In this document: in pieces, positions 46,983 to 58,000 of the stretch
How the letters are laid out: every line of letters starts with the position of its first letter
How positions within the stretch are numbered: the first letter of the stretch is position 1
Origin: a virus
Lineage: Duplodnaviria; Caudoviricetes
Direction: 5' to 3' (one strand)
Virus record (IMG/VR): IMGVR_UViG_3300009151_000080
Coordinates: 1-60,430 of that record
DNA: 60,430 nucleotides
Notes under the pieces: model-generated
Database searches by the model: none
Told to the model about the DNA's origin: nothing
Seen by the model: only the letters and a program-made list of their open reading frames with translations
Position numbers and translations under genes: made by a program

Positions 46983-49900
46983 ATGGCAATTCAAATTGGA
47001 AAATACAAAAGACAAGGTATCTTCATAGAAGAATTTGACAATTCCGTTATCAGTTCACCAACAGTTGCTGGTATTACAACTTTAGTTATGGGTTCCTCTA
47101 GAAAAGGACCACTTAACACACCAGTTCTGTTGAATAATGTTAATGACTTACAAAGTATATTTGGAAACATTGATTCAAATTTAGAGAGAAAAGGTTCATA
47201 TTTTCACAGAACTGTAGCACAGATGTTACAGTCAAGTCCAGTTTATGCAATCAACTTAGGTTACTTATCCGATACATTGGATACAGTAGAATATAAATCA
47301 GTATCAACTAGAACAGATAAGTCTAATGACATCGAAAGAACTGGAGCTTATAGAAAGATGTTTGATACTACAGGATTTTGGAAAAGAAGTACCGAGTCTT
47401 TCATCACTCTAACTAAGAATGATCCAGATATCGCTGATAGATTATTAGCTTTCACAAACTTATCTGATAAGTATGTAACACTTTTCATTTACAAATCAAA
47501 AATGAATGGATTTGATTCTAATATGATACAGTGGTATGGTTCAGCTGATAAGGTTCCATCTTATTTAAATCAGTTAGACTATGCTTCTGACTATATGGTC
47601 GATGTAGTAGTGGTTGCTGGTGATTGGTCAAACTATCAACAACTATCTGTAGATTCTATCTGGTCAAGCTACTTTACTTCAAATGGTCTTATTAAAACAC
47701 AAGTTTCCAATTTCATAAACAATAGAAATGTTAATGTTTTAGCATACTACGAAGGTTTATCATTAATCCCTTATTTCAGAGACTCTAATGGTAAAAATAT
47801 ATTCATCGAGACAATAATAAACGCCGATACAGATAAAACTGGTATCTTCTGTTACTTTGATGCTGATAAGCTTGAAGCTTTCTATCCAGACGGTATGGTT
47901 GACTTGATTGGTAACAATCTTCTTAACACAGACGCTCTTGTTGATAATGGTCAAGCTACTATAGATTATTTATCATATTCAGCTACAATAACTGAAAACT
48001 TAACTTTCACCAATACACCACTTGATATGGTGGGTAATGTAGCGGCTTTCGGTCCTAGTATGTCTATAACTAGACAAGACTGGGGGAGTCCAACAAGAAC
48101 TACTTACTTTGCTGAAGGTTATATTAACGGTGTTACTAGATCATCTTTAAATATAGGATCAACTAGTTCAATATCAGTATCATTTAATGTAGCTGATGCT
48201 AACCTTGGTTCAGGTTCAACTGCATCATATGCTGTTATTGGAGGTTCTAAAGTATTGGTTAATAGTGGAGTTAATGGTACAACAACATTTACTATACCCT
48301 CAAGTTCAAGTAACTATACTTTATCTACTGCCACTTCATCTTATGTATCCGTATTCTATATAGAATCTTCTAGTGGTAATATTTTAAGTAAAGATAGTAC
48401 AACATCAACAAATCCAAGTCTAAGTACTAATGACTTAGTTTTAGGATATATGAATTTTAATGTAGTAAACGGATTCTTCTCATATGCTACATACTCAAAT
48501 GTAATGGTCAATAACTCTGGATATGTTGATCTACAACTAACTACAGACTTTACTATTACTAACCCTTCAGCTGGTCAGATAAAGGTAACATTCACCGATA
48601 CAGCAGCAACTGACTCGACAAATAACTATGAAAGACATAGAAGGGTAAGGTTGTTCAACTACATACTTAATATGTTAGATTCATCTAATCTTTATGAAAT
48701 GACTATGTTAAAAGATGTAACAACTTTTGAGAAACTTTCATTAGGTGGAGCATCACTTGTAACATATAATGTAGCTACAACTGCAAATAAATCATTTACC
48801 CTAAACTTAGGTACTTCTACAACACCTACCGATATTTCTTTAGGAAACCTAATGTTCTATAAAGTGGACAATGAGTTATTAATAGAAAACGACGGGTTCA
48901 ATACAAGAAGTACTATAGCTACTGCATCATTTGGTGTGGTCGGTCAATACTCTAACTTCTATACAAGTTTCTTCAATGGTGTTGTAAACACTGGTGACTA
49001 CTTCTATCAGAATGTAATAGACCCAACAATACCAACAAGAGTTGTATTCCAAAACACTGGTACTCAGAGTTATATAGTATTTGATTCCGGAACAATTAAT
49101 CCACTTGATTACCCAACAGTATCAATATCAGGATCTTCATTGAATACCGGATCTTACATCTTTGACGGAGATCATGATTATCATGCATCTTTGACTGACC
49201 CAGCTACTGGGGTAGCTTATACAGGTTCATATAACGCTTATAGAATAACAAATGCAAATCTTGTAAATGAGGATCTAAGTGGTATAACAACTGTATATGA
49301 CGCTTCAACAAAAATCTATTTACAAATGTATTTAGATAGTTCTAATAGCTTATATGTTAAGTATATGGACGAATTGTTACAAGCAACTTTACCGATCAAT
49401 GCTGTATATAATACAACTATCACACTTATATCTGATAAGTCAAACTATAAACAAACTATAGAAATATCACAACCAACTGGATATACTCCAGTAACCAATA
49501 AGATACTAGTAAACGCTACTAGATATGCTGAAGTGGTTGTAGGTGATTTCTTAGAAGCTTATGTAGATATGACTATGGTTGAAGCAGGTCAAATGCCAAG
49601 AAATCTAACAAGAATAATCAGTAAGAAGCTTTATTCTCCTGATACAACACTTGTAGAAATAACTTGTGACTCTCCTATTAATAAGGTAGTTGTGGGTGGT
49701 GGATTACAAACTATGAGATATTCAACTATCGATAACTATGTTACTACATATCAAGCTATTCCACTTAAAGGATTTAAGTTAAGAGAAGCGTCTCTTCCAG
49801 ATGGAACTGAAGCTCAACAAAGTAATATCTTAAACTTAATGGCTAAAGGTACTCCTTTATTTAAGGCAGTAACAAACAAGGAAGCTTTTGACATCAGATA

Positions 49901-50795
49901 CTTAGTTGACGCTTATGGTCTTGGTCTAACAGAAAGATCTAAACAACAGTTAGTTGATATCTGTGGTGAAAGATTAGACTGTCTTGGTTTCTTAAATATG
50001 CCTTCTATGAAGTCGTTTAAGAAGTCAACATCTCCAAGCTTCTTAAACGCTGACGGAGTTTTAGACACAGCTTATATAGCACAAGGTGGTGACTTGGAGT
50101 CGAATCCAGCTTTCTTGTACTCTTTCGGTGACGGAGTAGGTGCTAGTTCAGTAGGTTATTTCTTACCTTATGTAACTGTAAATGACAATGGTAGACCAAC
50201 TGACGTACCACCAGCTATGTTCGTAGCAACGACTTACATGAGAAAACAAAACTCAAATGTAACATCAATAACACCATGGACAATCGCAGCTGGTGTAACA
50301 AATGGTAAGGTAAATAATATCGCTGGTATTGAGATGAACTTCAACCCAACAGATATTGAGAACTTGAACGGAGCTCAAATGAACCCAATAGTTTATAAGA
50401 GAAATAGAGGTTTCGTTATTGAAACTGAAAATACCGGTCAAACTCTTTATAAATCAGCCCTTTCTTACTTACACGTAAGAGAAGTATTAATCGAACTTGA
50501 AAGAGAGTTAGCATCAATGTTACTTGACTTCCAGTGGAAATTCAACACATCTGATATCAGAGCTGAGATTAAACTTAGAGCTGACGTTATCTGTGAAAGA
50601 TACATAAGTAAAAATGGATTATATAACTATTTCAATAAATGTGATAGTGAAAATAATACAGCAACAATCATTGACAACCAAATCGGTGTTCTTGATACTT
50701 ATGTTGAACCGATCAAGGGTATGGGTATTATTGTTAATAACATCACTATCCTTAAAACAGGAGCTATTAACTCAGGTGGTTTCACTGTACAGTAA
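46983..50795 (+). CDS. Contractile tail sheath protein (T4 gp18-like) with large inserted domains
   Basis: GIFIEEFD, G.SRKGP.N.P N-terminus; PWTIAAG, NPI, LHVR.VL, KCD.ENNT..IID, YVEP.K C-terminus. Confidence 0.9.
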   Translation: MAIQIGKYKRQGIFIEEFDNSVISSPTVAGITTLVMGSSRKGPLNTPVLLNNVNDLQSIFGNIDSNLERKGSYFHRTVAQMLQSSPVYAINLGYLSDTLDTVEYKSVSTRTDKSNDIERTGAYRKMFDTTGFWKRSTESFITLTKNDPDIADRLLAFTNLSDKYVTLFIYKSKMNGFDSNMIQWYGSADKVPSYLNQLDYASDYMVDVVVVAGDWSNYQQLSVDSIWSSYFTSNGLIKTQVSNFINNRNVNVLAYYEGLSLIPYFRDSNGKNIFIETIINADTDKTGIFCYFDADKLEAFYPDGMVDLIGNNLLNTDALVDNGQATIDYLSYSATITENLTFTNTPLDMVGNVAAFGPSMSITRQDWGSPTRTTYFAEGYINGVTRSSLNIGSTSSISVSFNVADANLGSGSTASYAVIGGSKVLVNSGVNGTTTFTIPSSSSNYTLSTATSSYVSVFYIESSSGNILSKDSTTSTNPSLSTNDLVLGYMNFNVVNGFFSYATYSNVMVNNSGYVDLQLTTDFTITNPSAGQIKVTFTDTAATDSTNNYERHRRVRLFNYILNMLDSSNLYEMTMLKDVTTFEKLSLGGASLVTYNVATTANKSFTLNLGTSTTPTDISLGNLMFYKVDNELLIENDGFNTRSTIATASFGVVGQYSNFYTSFFNGVVNTGDYFYQNVIDPTIPTRVVFQNTGTQSYIVFDSGTINPLDYPTVSISGSSLNTGSYIFDGDHDYHASLTDPATGVAYTGSYNAYRITNANLVNEDLSGITTVYDASTKIYLQMYLDSSNSLYVKYMDELLQATLPINAVYNTTITLISDKSNYKQTIEISQPTGYTPVTNKILVNATRYAEVVVGDFLEAYVDMTMVEAGQMPRNLTRIISKKLYSPDTTLVEITCDSPINKVVVGGGLQTMRYSTIDNYVTTYQAIPLKGFKLREASLPDGTEAQQSNILNLMAKGTPLFKAVTNKEAFDIRYLVDAYGLGLTERSKQQLVDICGERLDCLGFLNMPSMKSFKKSTSPSFLNADGVLDTAYIAQGGDLESNPAFLYSFGDGVGASSVGYFLPYVTVNDNGRPTDVPPAMFVATTYMRKQNSNVTSITPWTIAAGVTNGKVNNIAGIEMNFNPTDIENLNGAQMNPIVYKRNRGFVIETENTGQTLYKSALSYLHVREVLIELERELASMLLDFQWKFNTSDIRAEIKLRADVICERYISKNGLYNYFNKCDSENNTATIIDNQIGVLDTYVEPIKGMGIIVNNITILKTGAINSGGFTVQ

Positions 50796-50813
50796 TAACT
50801 TGAATCAAATATT

Positions 50814-50842
50814 AAAACCCAGACCGTCAAGTCTGGGTTTTT
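50814..50842 (+). terminator. Terminator after the tail sheath gene
   Basis: aaaacccagac/gtctgggtttt. Confidence 0.8.
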
Positions 50843-50878
50843 TATTTTTAATATATACTCTATAAATATTTATAATAA

Positions 50879-52627
50879 ATGACTAAAATATTAAATACCC
50901 TCCGTGTTACTGGTACAAGTTCCACATCACAAGCATTAGGTGTTACTGGTGGATATGCTCTATTCAATGATATAAGACTTAGTAAAGGAATAACTTATTC
51001 TTCCGGATCTTATAGTGTCGCTGTTATAAACTTAACAACCGGTAGAATAGAAATGGTTTCTGTATCTTCCTTGGGTATAACCGGTGGATCTAGTGGAACA
51101 GGAGGACCTAACTATGTTAATCCAGGTTTATCTGGACAAGTTGCTTTTTATACAGGAGCTACTTCGGTATCTGGTACTTCAAGTCTTTATTTTACACAAT
51201 CAAGTATTCTTTTCAGTGGATTAACAGGAGTAAGTATAACTAATAATACAACTAACTATATACCAACATCTGTATTAGATGTAATACCATTTGGCGGATC
51301 CTCAACATACTCTGCCTTTAAAGTAAGAAATTCTACAGGTTCAAATCCAAATTCAATAAATGTTTTATATAATGGTAATGTTGGATTTGGAACAGATAAC
51401 CCCCAAACTAAACTACATATTAACTCAACACAATCTGGAGCTTTTAGATTAAATGACACAACTGAGTCTCTAGGATATTATCTAGTATCGGATGTAGATG
51501 GAGTTGGTACGTGGACACAATCTCAACAATATGAATTTGGAATAGGTCTAACATCAACCAATGAGTATCCAATATCAGTTGTATCAGTTGACTTGACTCC
51601 TTATTCTGGATTAACATTATCACCGGGATTGGGAATAGATCCTAACTTAGCTGGGTTAGGATTAACATACTCATCAGGAGTTATATCAATAGACTCAAAA
51701 GTCATTTATTGGAGTTATGGTATGGGAACAACCCTAACAATAGACCCAACCAAACTTGACTATGTTTATGTTATAACAACCGGATCATATCTAATAACGA
51801 TTGATACATCATTAGTGGATGGGATAGATGGATTTCAATTTACTTTATTGAAAGATGATAGTGATATTGGTGTAGTATATACTACAATAAATGAATATTT
51901 CTCATCAGTTAACAACTCAAGATTAACTAGACAAAATCAAGTAATACAGTATAAGTATGACTCATATGATGGAATATGGAAAGCTTATATTTTAGATGAG
52001 GGTGTTGTACCACCAATGACTGTATTGGCTAATATGGGTACCGATTATGCTCATGTTGAAGAGTTCCCAGTCATTGATATAAATGATACTATACAAAAAT
52101 CTCTAAATTATACAGAGGGATCATTTACTAATGATTGGTTAAGCGGTACTATATATTCTTGTTTTAGAAAGTTAAGTCTACCATCCGGAGGATCATCACT
52201 TGATTTAACTACAGGTAACTATATCGGAGATACAACTGTCCCAGCATACTCAATGGTTCAAGGTAAATCATTTAGAATATTTTTAACTGGTACTGTAACA
52301 ACCACCGTACCAACTACAAATATTCTAAAGATTAAATTATACATGGGGACAATACTACTAAGCAATGATTATACGTTGAGTACTTCATTAACAAATGAAC
52401 CATTTAGATTATCATATGAGATAAAAATTGGAGATGTTGGTGTATCTGGTTCAGTACATAGTAGTGGTATTTTCACATTACAAAATGATCAACTACACTT
52501 GTTCGATAATACAACTTGGGGGCAAGGAGTCGATACTACAAATAGTAATGTTATCGATGTTGTACTAGGTAGTGATGGTGACGCATCATATGAGATCTAT
52601 CACTCAACAATAGAAAGATTAGCTTAA
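50879..52627 (+). CDS. Tail fibre-like structural protein
   Basis: G/S/T-rich; GNVGFGTDNP.TKLHI and LVSD.DG.GTW fibre-type motifs. Confidence 0.55.
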   Translation: MTKILNTLRVTGTSSTSQALGVTGGYALFNDIRLSKGITYSSGSYSVAVINLTTGRIEMVSVSSLGITGGSSGTGGPNYVNPGLSGQVAFYTGATSVSGTSSLYFTQSSILFSGLTGVSITNNTTNYIPTSVLDVIPFGGSSTYSAFKVRNSTGSNPNSINVLYNGNVGFGTDNPQTKLHINSTQSGAFRLNDTTESLGYYLVSDVDGVGTWTQSQQYEFGIGLTSTNEYPISVVSVDLTPYSGLTLSPGLGIDPNLAGLGLTYSSGVISIDSKVIYWSYGMGTTLTIDPTKLDYVYVITTGSYLITIDTSLVDGIDGFQFTLLKDDSDIGVVYTTINEYFSSVNNSRLTRQNQVIQYKYDSYDGIWKAYILDEGVVPPMTVLANMGTDYAHVEEFPVIDINDTIQKSLNYTEGSFTNDWLSGTIYSCFRKLSLPSGGSSLDLTTGNYIGDTTVPAYSMVQGKSFRIFLTGTVTTTVPTTNILKIKLYMGTILLSNDYTLSTSLTNEPFRLSYEIKIGDVGVSGSVHSSGIFTLQNDQLHLFDNTTWGQGVDTTNSNVIDVVLGSDGDASYEIYHSTIERLA

Positions 52628-52629
52628 TC

Positions 52630-53421
52630 ATGACATCAGGTGGATTAAATATTATTAATAGACTATATGATAAATATGGAGAAGTACATTGGATTGATTT
52701 CAATGACATAGCTACTTATACGGATCGATCACTTCCAGTAAGTGGTGATTCTATAATTTCGTGTGCTCCAAGATTCGGAGACTCTTCAATAGTTAGTGGA
52801 ACATCTAATCCAAAATTTAGAACAACAAATAGAAACTTTATCGAAATTGGAGAGGCACCTCTTATCGCCACATTAATATCTGGTAATGAACTAGCCAGGT
52901 CAATCTACATAGTACATAGATACACAGGAACAGAATCAATATCTGGATCAAATACTTTATTCTATATAGGAGCTTTTGATTTATCACAATATATATGGTC
53001 ATACAGGAACCCAATAGAGATAGGTCTACCAAATACTGATTATAATATTGACTATTCAGGAAGCTCCACCAAAATAAAGTCCGATTATGGTTCTACTTCG
53101 ATTAACTATATCTTCTCTTCAAGGGATACCAGAGATGGTATACAGAACGCAAAACTACACACAGACCCAGAAAGTGAAGTTAATCTAAATGGGTTCTGTA
53201 GTGTATCGTCAAATAATGGTACTGCTCTATATACTTCTGGTGGTAACATTTGGTTATGGTTAGGTGGTAAACCAAATGTTGATCCATCAAACCCAGATGA
53301 CGGAGTATCTTTAGGAGACTATGATATAGGAGAAATTATTATAGTTGGTGCTTATGTATCAGATCAAGAGGATAAAGATATTATATCATACTTGAATAAT
53401 AAATGGAAAGATTGGAGTTAA
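52630..53421 (+). CDS. Putative fibre/receptor-binding beta-sandwich (LamG-like) protein
   Basis: HWIDF.DI N-terminus; IGEIII...I.SYL.NKW C-terminus, shared with the next gene. Confidence 0.5.
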   Translation: MTSGGLNIINRLYDKYGEVHWIDFNDIATYTDRSLPVSGDSIISCAPRFGDSSIVSGTSNPKFRTTNRNFIEIGEAPLIATLISGNELARSIYIVHRYTGTESISGSNTLFYIGAFDLSQYIWSYRNPIEIGLPNTDYNIDYSGSSTKIKSDYGSTSINYIFSSRDTRDGIQNAKLHTDPESEVNLNGFCSVSSNNGTALYTSGGNIWLWLGGKPNVDPSNPDDGVSLGDYDIGEIIIVGAYVSDQEDKDIISYLNNKWKDWS

Positions 53422-53422
53422 T

Positions 53423-54229
53423 ATGCCTATATACACTATATCAAGAAGACCAGACGAAATACCAGATTTAATACATTGGTTTGATGCTGCAGATATATCT
53501 ACTATAAATAATGGTAGTTCAGATACCAACCTACCATATGTTTTAAAGTTACAAGATAAAGTATCAAGTATGTTATTATCATCAGATACTCATGGTGATA
53601 TACCAACACTAGTTGGACCAAACCCTGAACTAAATTACAATACTGGTATATATTTTAGTGGACATCCCGGTACAGATACTTTAAGTGGATTCTTTCCGGA
53701 CACTAGTTTCAATACTAAAAAAACAATATTCTATGTTTTTACAACAAAACCATACATAGATGAGAGGTTCTATTGTTATAAATTTTCAATACTTAATCCA
53801 GGTAATCGATTACTATCCGGAGCCTTCGGTGGTTGGTCTAATATATCCTTATATACAAATGGAGATTCTCTATTTTATTTAGAAACTCCAGAATCTTTAT
53901 CATACGCTGATTTAGATTTTGGTAAGATACCAAAAAATAAAATCAACATAGTTTCAATAAGTACCGATGATATAGTTAAATCAGTTCGAATGGATCCTGT
54001 CGATACGGAATATTTATACACTACCCCAAATGGTATATCACTTGAAACACGATCAAAACTTATTTTAGGAGATGTCACTGATGTATCATACACACCAGAT
54101 CCCAGTAACAAACCATTTGCGAATCAGTTGGATAATATTTTTTGTGAGATGTTGATTTACAATAGAGCTTTAACGGAAGAAGAAGTAAATAAAGTAAACC
54201 AATATTTGAAAACTAAATGGATTGGTTAA
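53423..54229 (+). CDS. Putative fibre/receptor-binding beta-sandwich (LamG-like) protein
   Basis: HWFDAADI; EMLIYNRALT.EE..KV..YL.TKW. Confidence 0.55.
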   Translation: MPIYTISRRPDEIPDLIHWFDAADISTINNGSSDTNLPYVLKLQDKVSSMLLSSDTHGDIPTLVGPNPELNYNTGIYFSGHPGTDTLSGFFPDTSFNTKKTIFYVFTTKPYIDERFYCYKFSILNPGNRLLSGAFGGWSNISLYTNGDSLFYLETPESLSYADLDFGKIPKNKINIVSISTDDIVKSVRMDPVDTEYLYTTPNGISLETRSKLILGDVTDVSYTPDPSNKPFANQLDNIFCEMLIYNRALTEEEVNKVNQYLKTKWIG

Positions 54230-54488
54230 TAAGATCCAGTACTATTTGTAGGTTATTATTATTAAACCCTTCCAATGGTTTACCACCTTTTTTAAGATAA
54301 TCTTGATATAATGATTGATAATCATCATAAACATAAAAATTACCATCTTTATCCATGAGTACTTCAGTACTACTTGGTGATAAGGTAACTGGTAGTTTCT
54401 GTTCGGGATATGATGGTCCCATGTGTTGTCCGACTAATTCCCAACCACTTATTGATTCTAAGAACTGAAACCAATTTTTAATCTTCAT
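54213..54488 (-). CDS. Hypothetical protein with MKIKNWFQFLE leader
   Basis: Start moved to ATG 54488, overlapping the upstream stop. Confidence 0.6.
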   Translation of the reverse strand: MKIKNWFQFLESISGWELVGQHMGPSYPEQKLPVTLSPSSTEVLMDKDGNFYVYDDYQSLYQDYLKKGGKPLEGFNNNNLQIVLDLINQSI

Positions 54489-54945
54489 TATTAATATGTA
54501 TTTTTTCAAAGAACTCTTCTCCACTACGAAGTGAGTAAGTATCCTTTTGGAAGTTATATTTTATATCATATAAGAATCTATCATAGAGATAAGCTTTTTC
54601 ATCATGTTTAAGACTTATTATAGACTTCTCATTTTCAAAGTCATTATAAATAGAAATAATCTCATCTTCTATTCTACCATTTTTATCATAAAGATCACAT
54701 ATAACCTTTTTCTTACTTTCCAGTAGATTAGATATTTTAAGAAAAGCATCATTTTTGGATAAACCAGAAAATTCCCTAAAGTCAGATTCTAATATAGAAT
54801 CATACTTAGATAAGAAATCTTCTTCCCTTTTGGTTAGAGTAATACGATCATGAATCTTATCCAAGATAAGATTTAACTCTATATCCTTTACAGACTCACG
54901 AAGTGATAGATATTTAGACCATTTTTCGAATTTCATTATTATCAT
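54478..54945 (-). CDS. Hypothetical protein with leader variant and DUF6576-like segment
   Basis: MKFEKWSKYLSLRE; LNLILDKI....LTKREEDFL. Confidence 0.6.
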   Translation of the reverse strand: MIIMKFEKWSKYLSLRESVKDIELNLILDKIHDRITLTKREEDFLSKYDSILESDFREFSGLSKNDAFLKISNLLESKKKVICDLYDKNGRIEDEIISIYNDFENEKSIISLKHDEKAYLYDRFLYDIKYNFQKDTYSLRSGEEFFEKIHINNED

Positions 54946-55013
54946 GATATTAATATATATATTAAAGGTAAATAATATATTTATATATACCTATATAATA
55001 TTTCAAAGAAATA

Positions 55014-58000
55014 ATGGATAAGAAACTACTTGATGCTCTTAATAATTTATCGGTTGCCTTACAACAAATAGCGGATTCCTTAGATCCTAAAAAGAAGAAA
55101 ACTTCTTCTATTGGTAATGCACTTAGTACAAATAACATTGATAAAAAGTTAAAATCAATAGATGCTGGTATTAAACAGATACAAAGTGATAATAAACAAA
55201 TTATAAAAAATCAAGAAAAGATTTTAAGTGGTCAACAAACACTATTAAGTCTAAGTAAAAAACAACCAACTAAAGTTTCACCTCTAGATAAAGTAACAGA
55301 TCCAAATCAGGATAGTGGAATAAAAGGTGGATTGGGTACAGTATTAATGATCGCTGCTGGTGTACTAGCAATAGGATTAGCATTCAAGATTATCGGTAAT
55401 GTAAATGTTATGTCAGTATTAGCAATAGCCCTAGCACTACCACTAATAGCGATGGCGTTTGAGGAGATTGCAAAGATGAAAGACCTGAAACCTGAACAGA
55501 TGAAAAATCTAGTTAAAGTTTCGGTTGCGATGGCTACGGCTATAACTCTTTCATCTTGGATATTAGCATTTGTTATACCGATTAGTATTTCTCAGTTAGG
55601 TACTTCAATAGCAATAGCTGCTATGTTCACGGTTGTTTCATATGGATTAAATAATATATTAAAAAATATTAAAGACATAAAACCAGCTCAAATAAAAAAC
55701 TTAGCCTTAGTGATGGCTGCTGTATCTCTTGCAATTGTTGCCTCATCCTTGATTTTAAATTTTGTTATACCAGTTAGTCCAGGTCAATTAATAACTTCTA
55801 TTCTAATAGCTGGTATGTTTACTGCAGTATCATATGGGTTTGATAAATTATTGACCGGATTAAGAAAAGTTAAAACAACAGACTTAGCAAATCTAGCAAT
55901 ATTACCGTTAATAATGTTAGCAATATCAGTTGCGATTGTTGCCTCATCTGTAATATTACAAGGGGTAATACCAATAAGTTTACCTCAACTAGCAACCGCT
56001 ATAGTTATTGCAGCGATGTTTGGTGTAATATCATTAGGCATGGGTAAAATGTTGGAAGGACTAAGAGACATCCAACCACAAGACTATGCTATTTTAGAAG
56101 AACTACCAGTTATATTCACACTATTCTCAATAGCAATCGTTATATCATCTGCAATACTACAAGCAGTAAGACCGGTTAATCTCTTTAAGTTACTTACAGC
56201 TGTTGCTATAGCAGCTGCCTTTGTTGTTATATCATATTCTATTAAACCACTAATGGAAGGAATAAAAGGAGTTAGCCTAAAGGATATCGCAATAGGTGGA
56301 TTAGTATTAGTATCCATAACCCTAGCTATCGTTGCTGCTTCGTGGATTCTCATGGGGATGGCTCCTATTAAATTCTCAACTGTTATTTTATTTGCAACCA
56401 CAGCATTGGCTATCGCAGTATCCTCTGTTGCATTAGCAATTGCATTCAAATTAATAAATGCAATTGGAAAGCCAGTAGAATATGCGTTAGGTGGGTTATC
56501 AGTACTCATAATAGCAGGTGTAATTGCTTTATCTTCAAGAATATTATCTTTAGGTGATTATAAAGAAGGATCTTATCCAGGTATTGGATGGACACTTGGA
56601 GTTGGATTATCTCTTGTTCTATTTGGTGGAGCAACTCTTTTACTTGGTATGTTGGTTATGGAGACAGGAGGTACAGCATTAGCTGTATTAGCATTGGGTG
56701 CTCTTGCTATGGGTATGGTGGCTTTAACAATAGTAGGTATATCTCAAATATTAAAATTGGGTGATTATAAAGAAGGAAACTACCCGTCTATAGGTTGGTC
56801 AATGGGAGTTGGATTAGCTTTATATCCTTTAGCATTCTCGGCCATGTTAATAGGAGCTCTTGTTCTTACTGGAGTTGGTGCTGTAGCTTTGGGTGTTGGT
56901 TTACTAACAATGTATGGTATTGCAAAAACCGTAGTTAAAATTGCTAAGTTATTTAATGGTGTTAACTGGAGTAAATATCCGGATGTCAAGTGGGCAAAGG
57001 GTGTTGGTACATCACTATCAGCATTTGGTAAAATAATGGGAGATGTTGGACTAAAGGGCATTCTCTTAAATAAGATAGGAGCTATATTTGGTACCGGACC
57101 AGAGGATTTAGCAGACCAAATGATTAAGGTTGATAAGAAATTTGCGGATGCTGGAGATACAGCCTTCACAAAATATCCAAACCAAGATTGGGCAAATAAT
57201 GTTGGTGGTCTACTTTTAAAATTTGCAGAGTTACAAACAAGTGGTGGTGTTGGTGGATTTGTTGCAGGACTAACTGGAAATCTTAAACGCACAGCTCAAT
57301 CTATAGTAGATGTTGATAAAAAACTAGCAGAAGGTAACTATACGAAATATCCAAAATCTGATTGGTCAACAAGTGTTGCTACTTTATTAAAGTCATTTGC
57401 TGATGCTAGTAGTAGCAGTTCATTAGGTGATGCGTTAAAAAATAAATTAACAGGATCTCCATTCACTGCTATAGCTCAAAATATAGTAGATGTATCTAAA
57501 AAACTATCAGAGGGTAAATACACAAATGGTATGCCTGGTGACTACATGACCTCACTAGCTAATAATATCAAGTCATTTATAGAGGTATCAAACTTACTAG
57601 ATAATAGTAAGCTTGGTAATGTAAACAACACCGTCGATAACATTAAAAAAATATCAGATGGATATTCAGAACTAGCCAAGGGACTCAATAAGATTGGTGG
57701 TGAACTTAGTAAAATAGATACTGATAAACTACAAGCCCTAAAAAACTTAACTGGTTCCATAGTACTTATGTCCTTGATGGATTCAGATCAGTTTGAGAAA
57801 ATGATGTCTGCTTTAGAAGACAAGGCGAAGATATTTGTTGGTGTAATGAATGATCTTGATGGAGGCGAATCTAAGGGATTAAAGACTGGAACTTCTGCTG
57901 TCAAGACACCTTCTGGTGGAACAGCTAATAATCAAAAAACTATAAATGACTTATATTTAGTTATGTCATCAGTTGACGCTAGTTTATCATCAATTGCTAA

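Noticed and set aside
42286-57760. Antisense ORFs inside the large 41996 gene, sheath, fibre and tape measure genes
   Set aside because: Fully nested opposite long genes, with composition typical of antisense shadows
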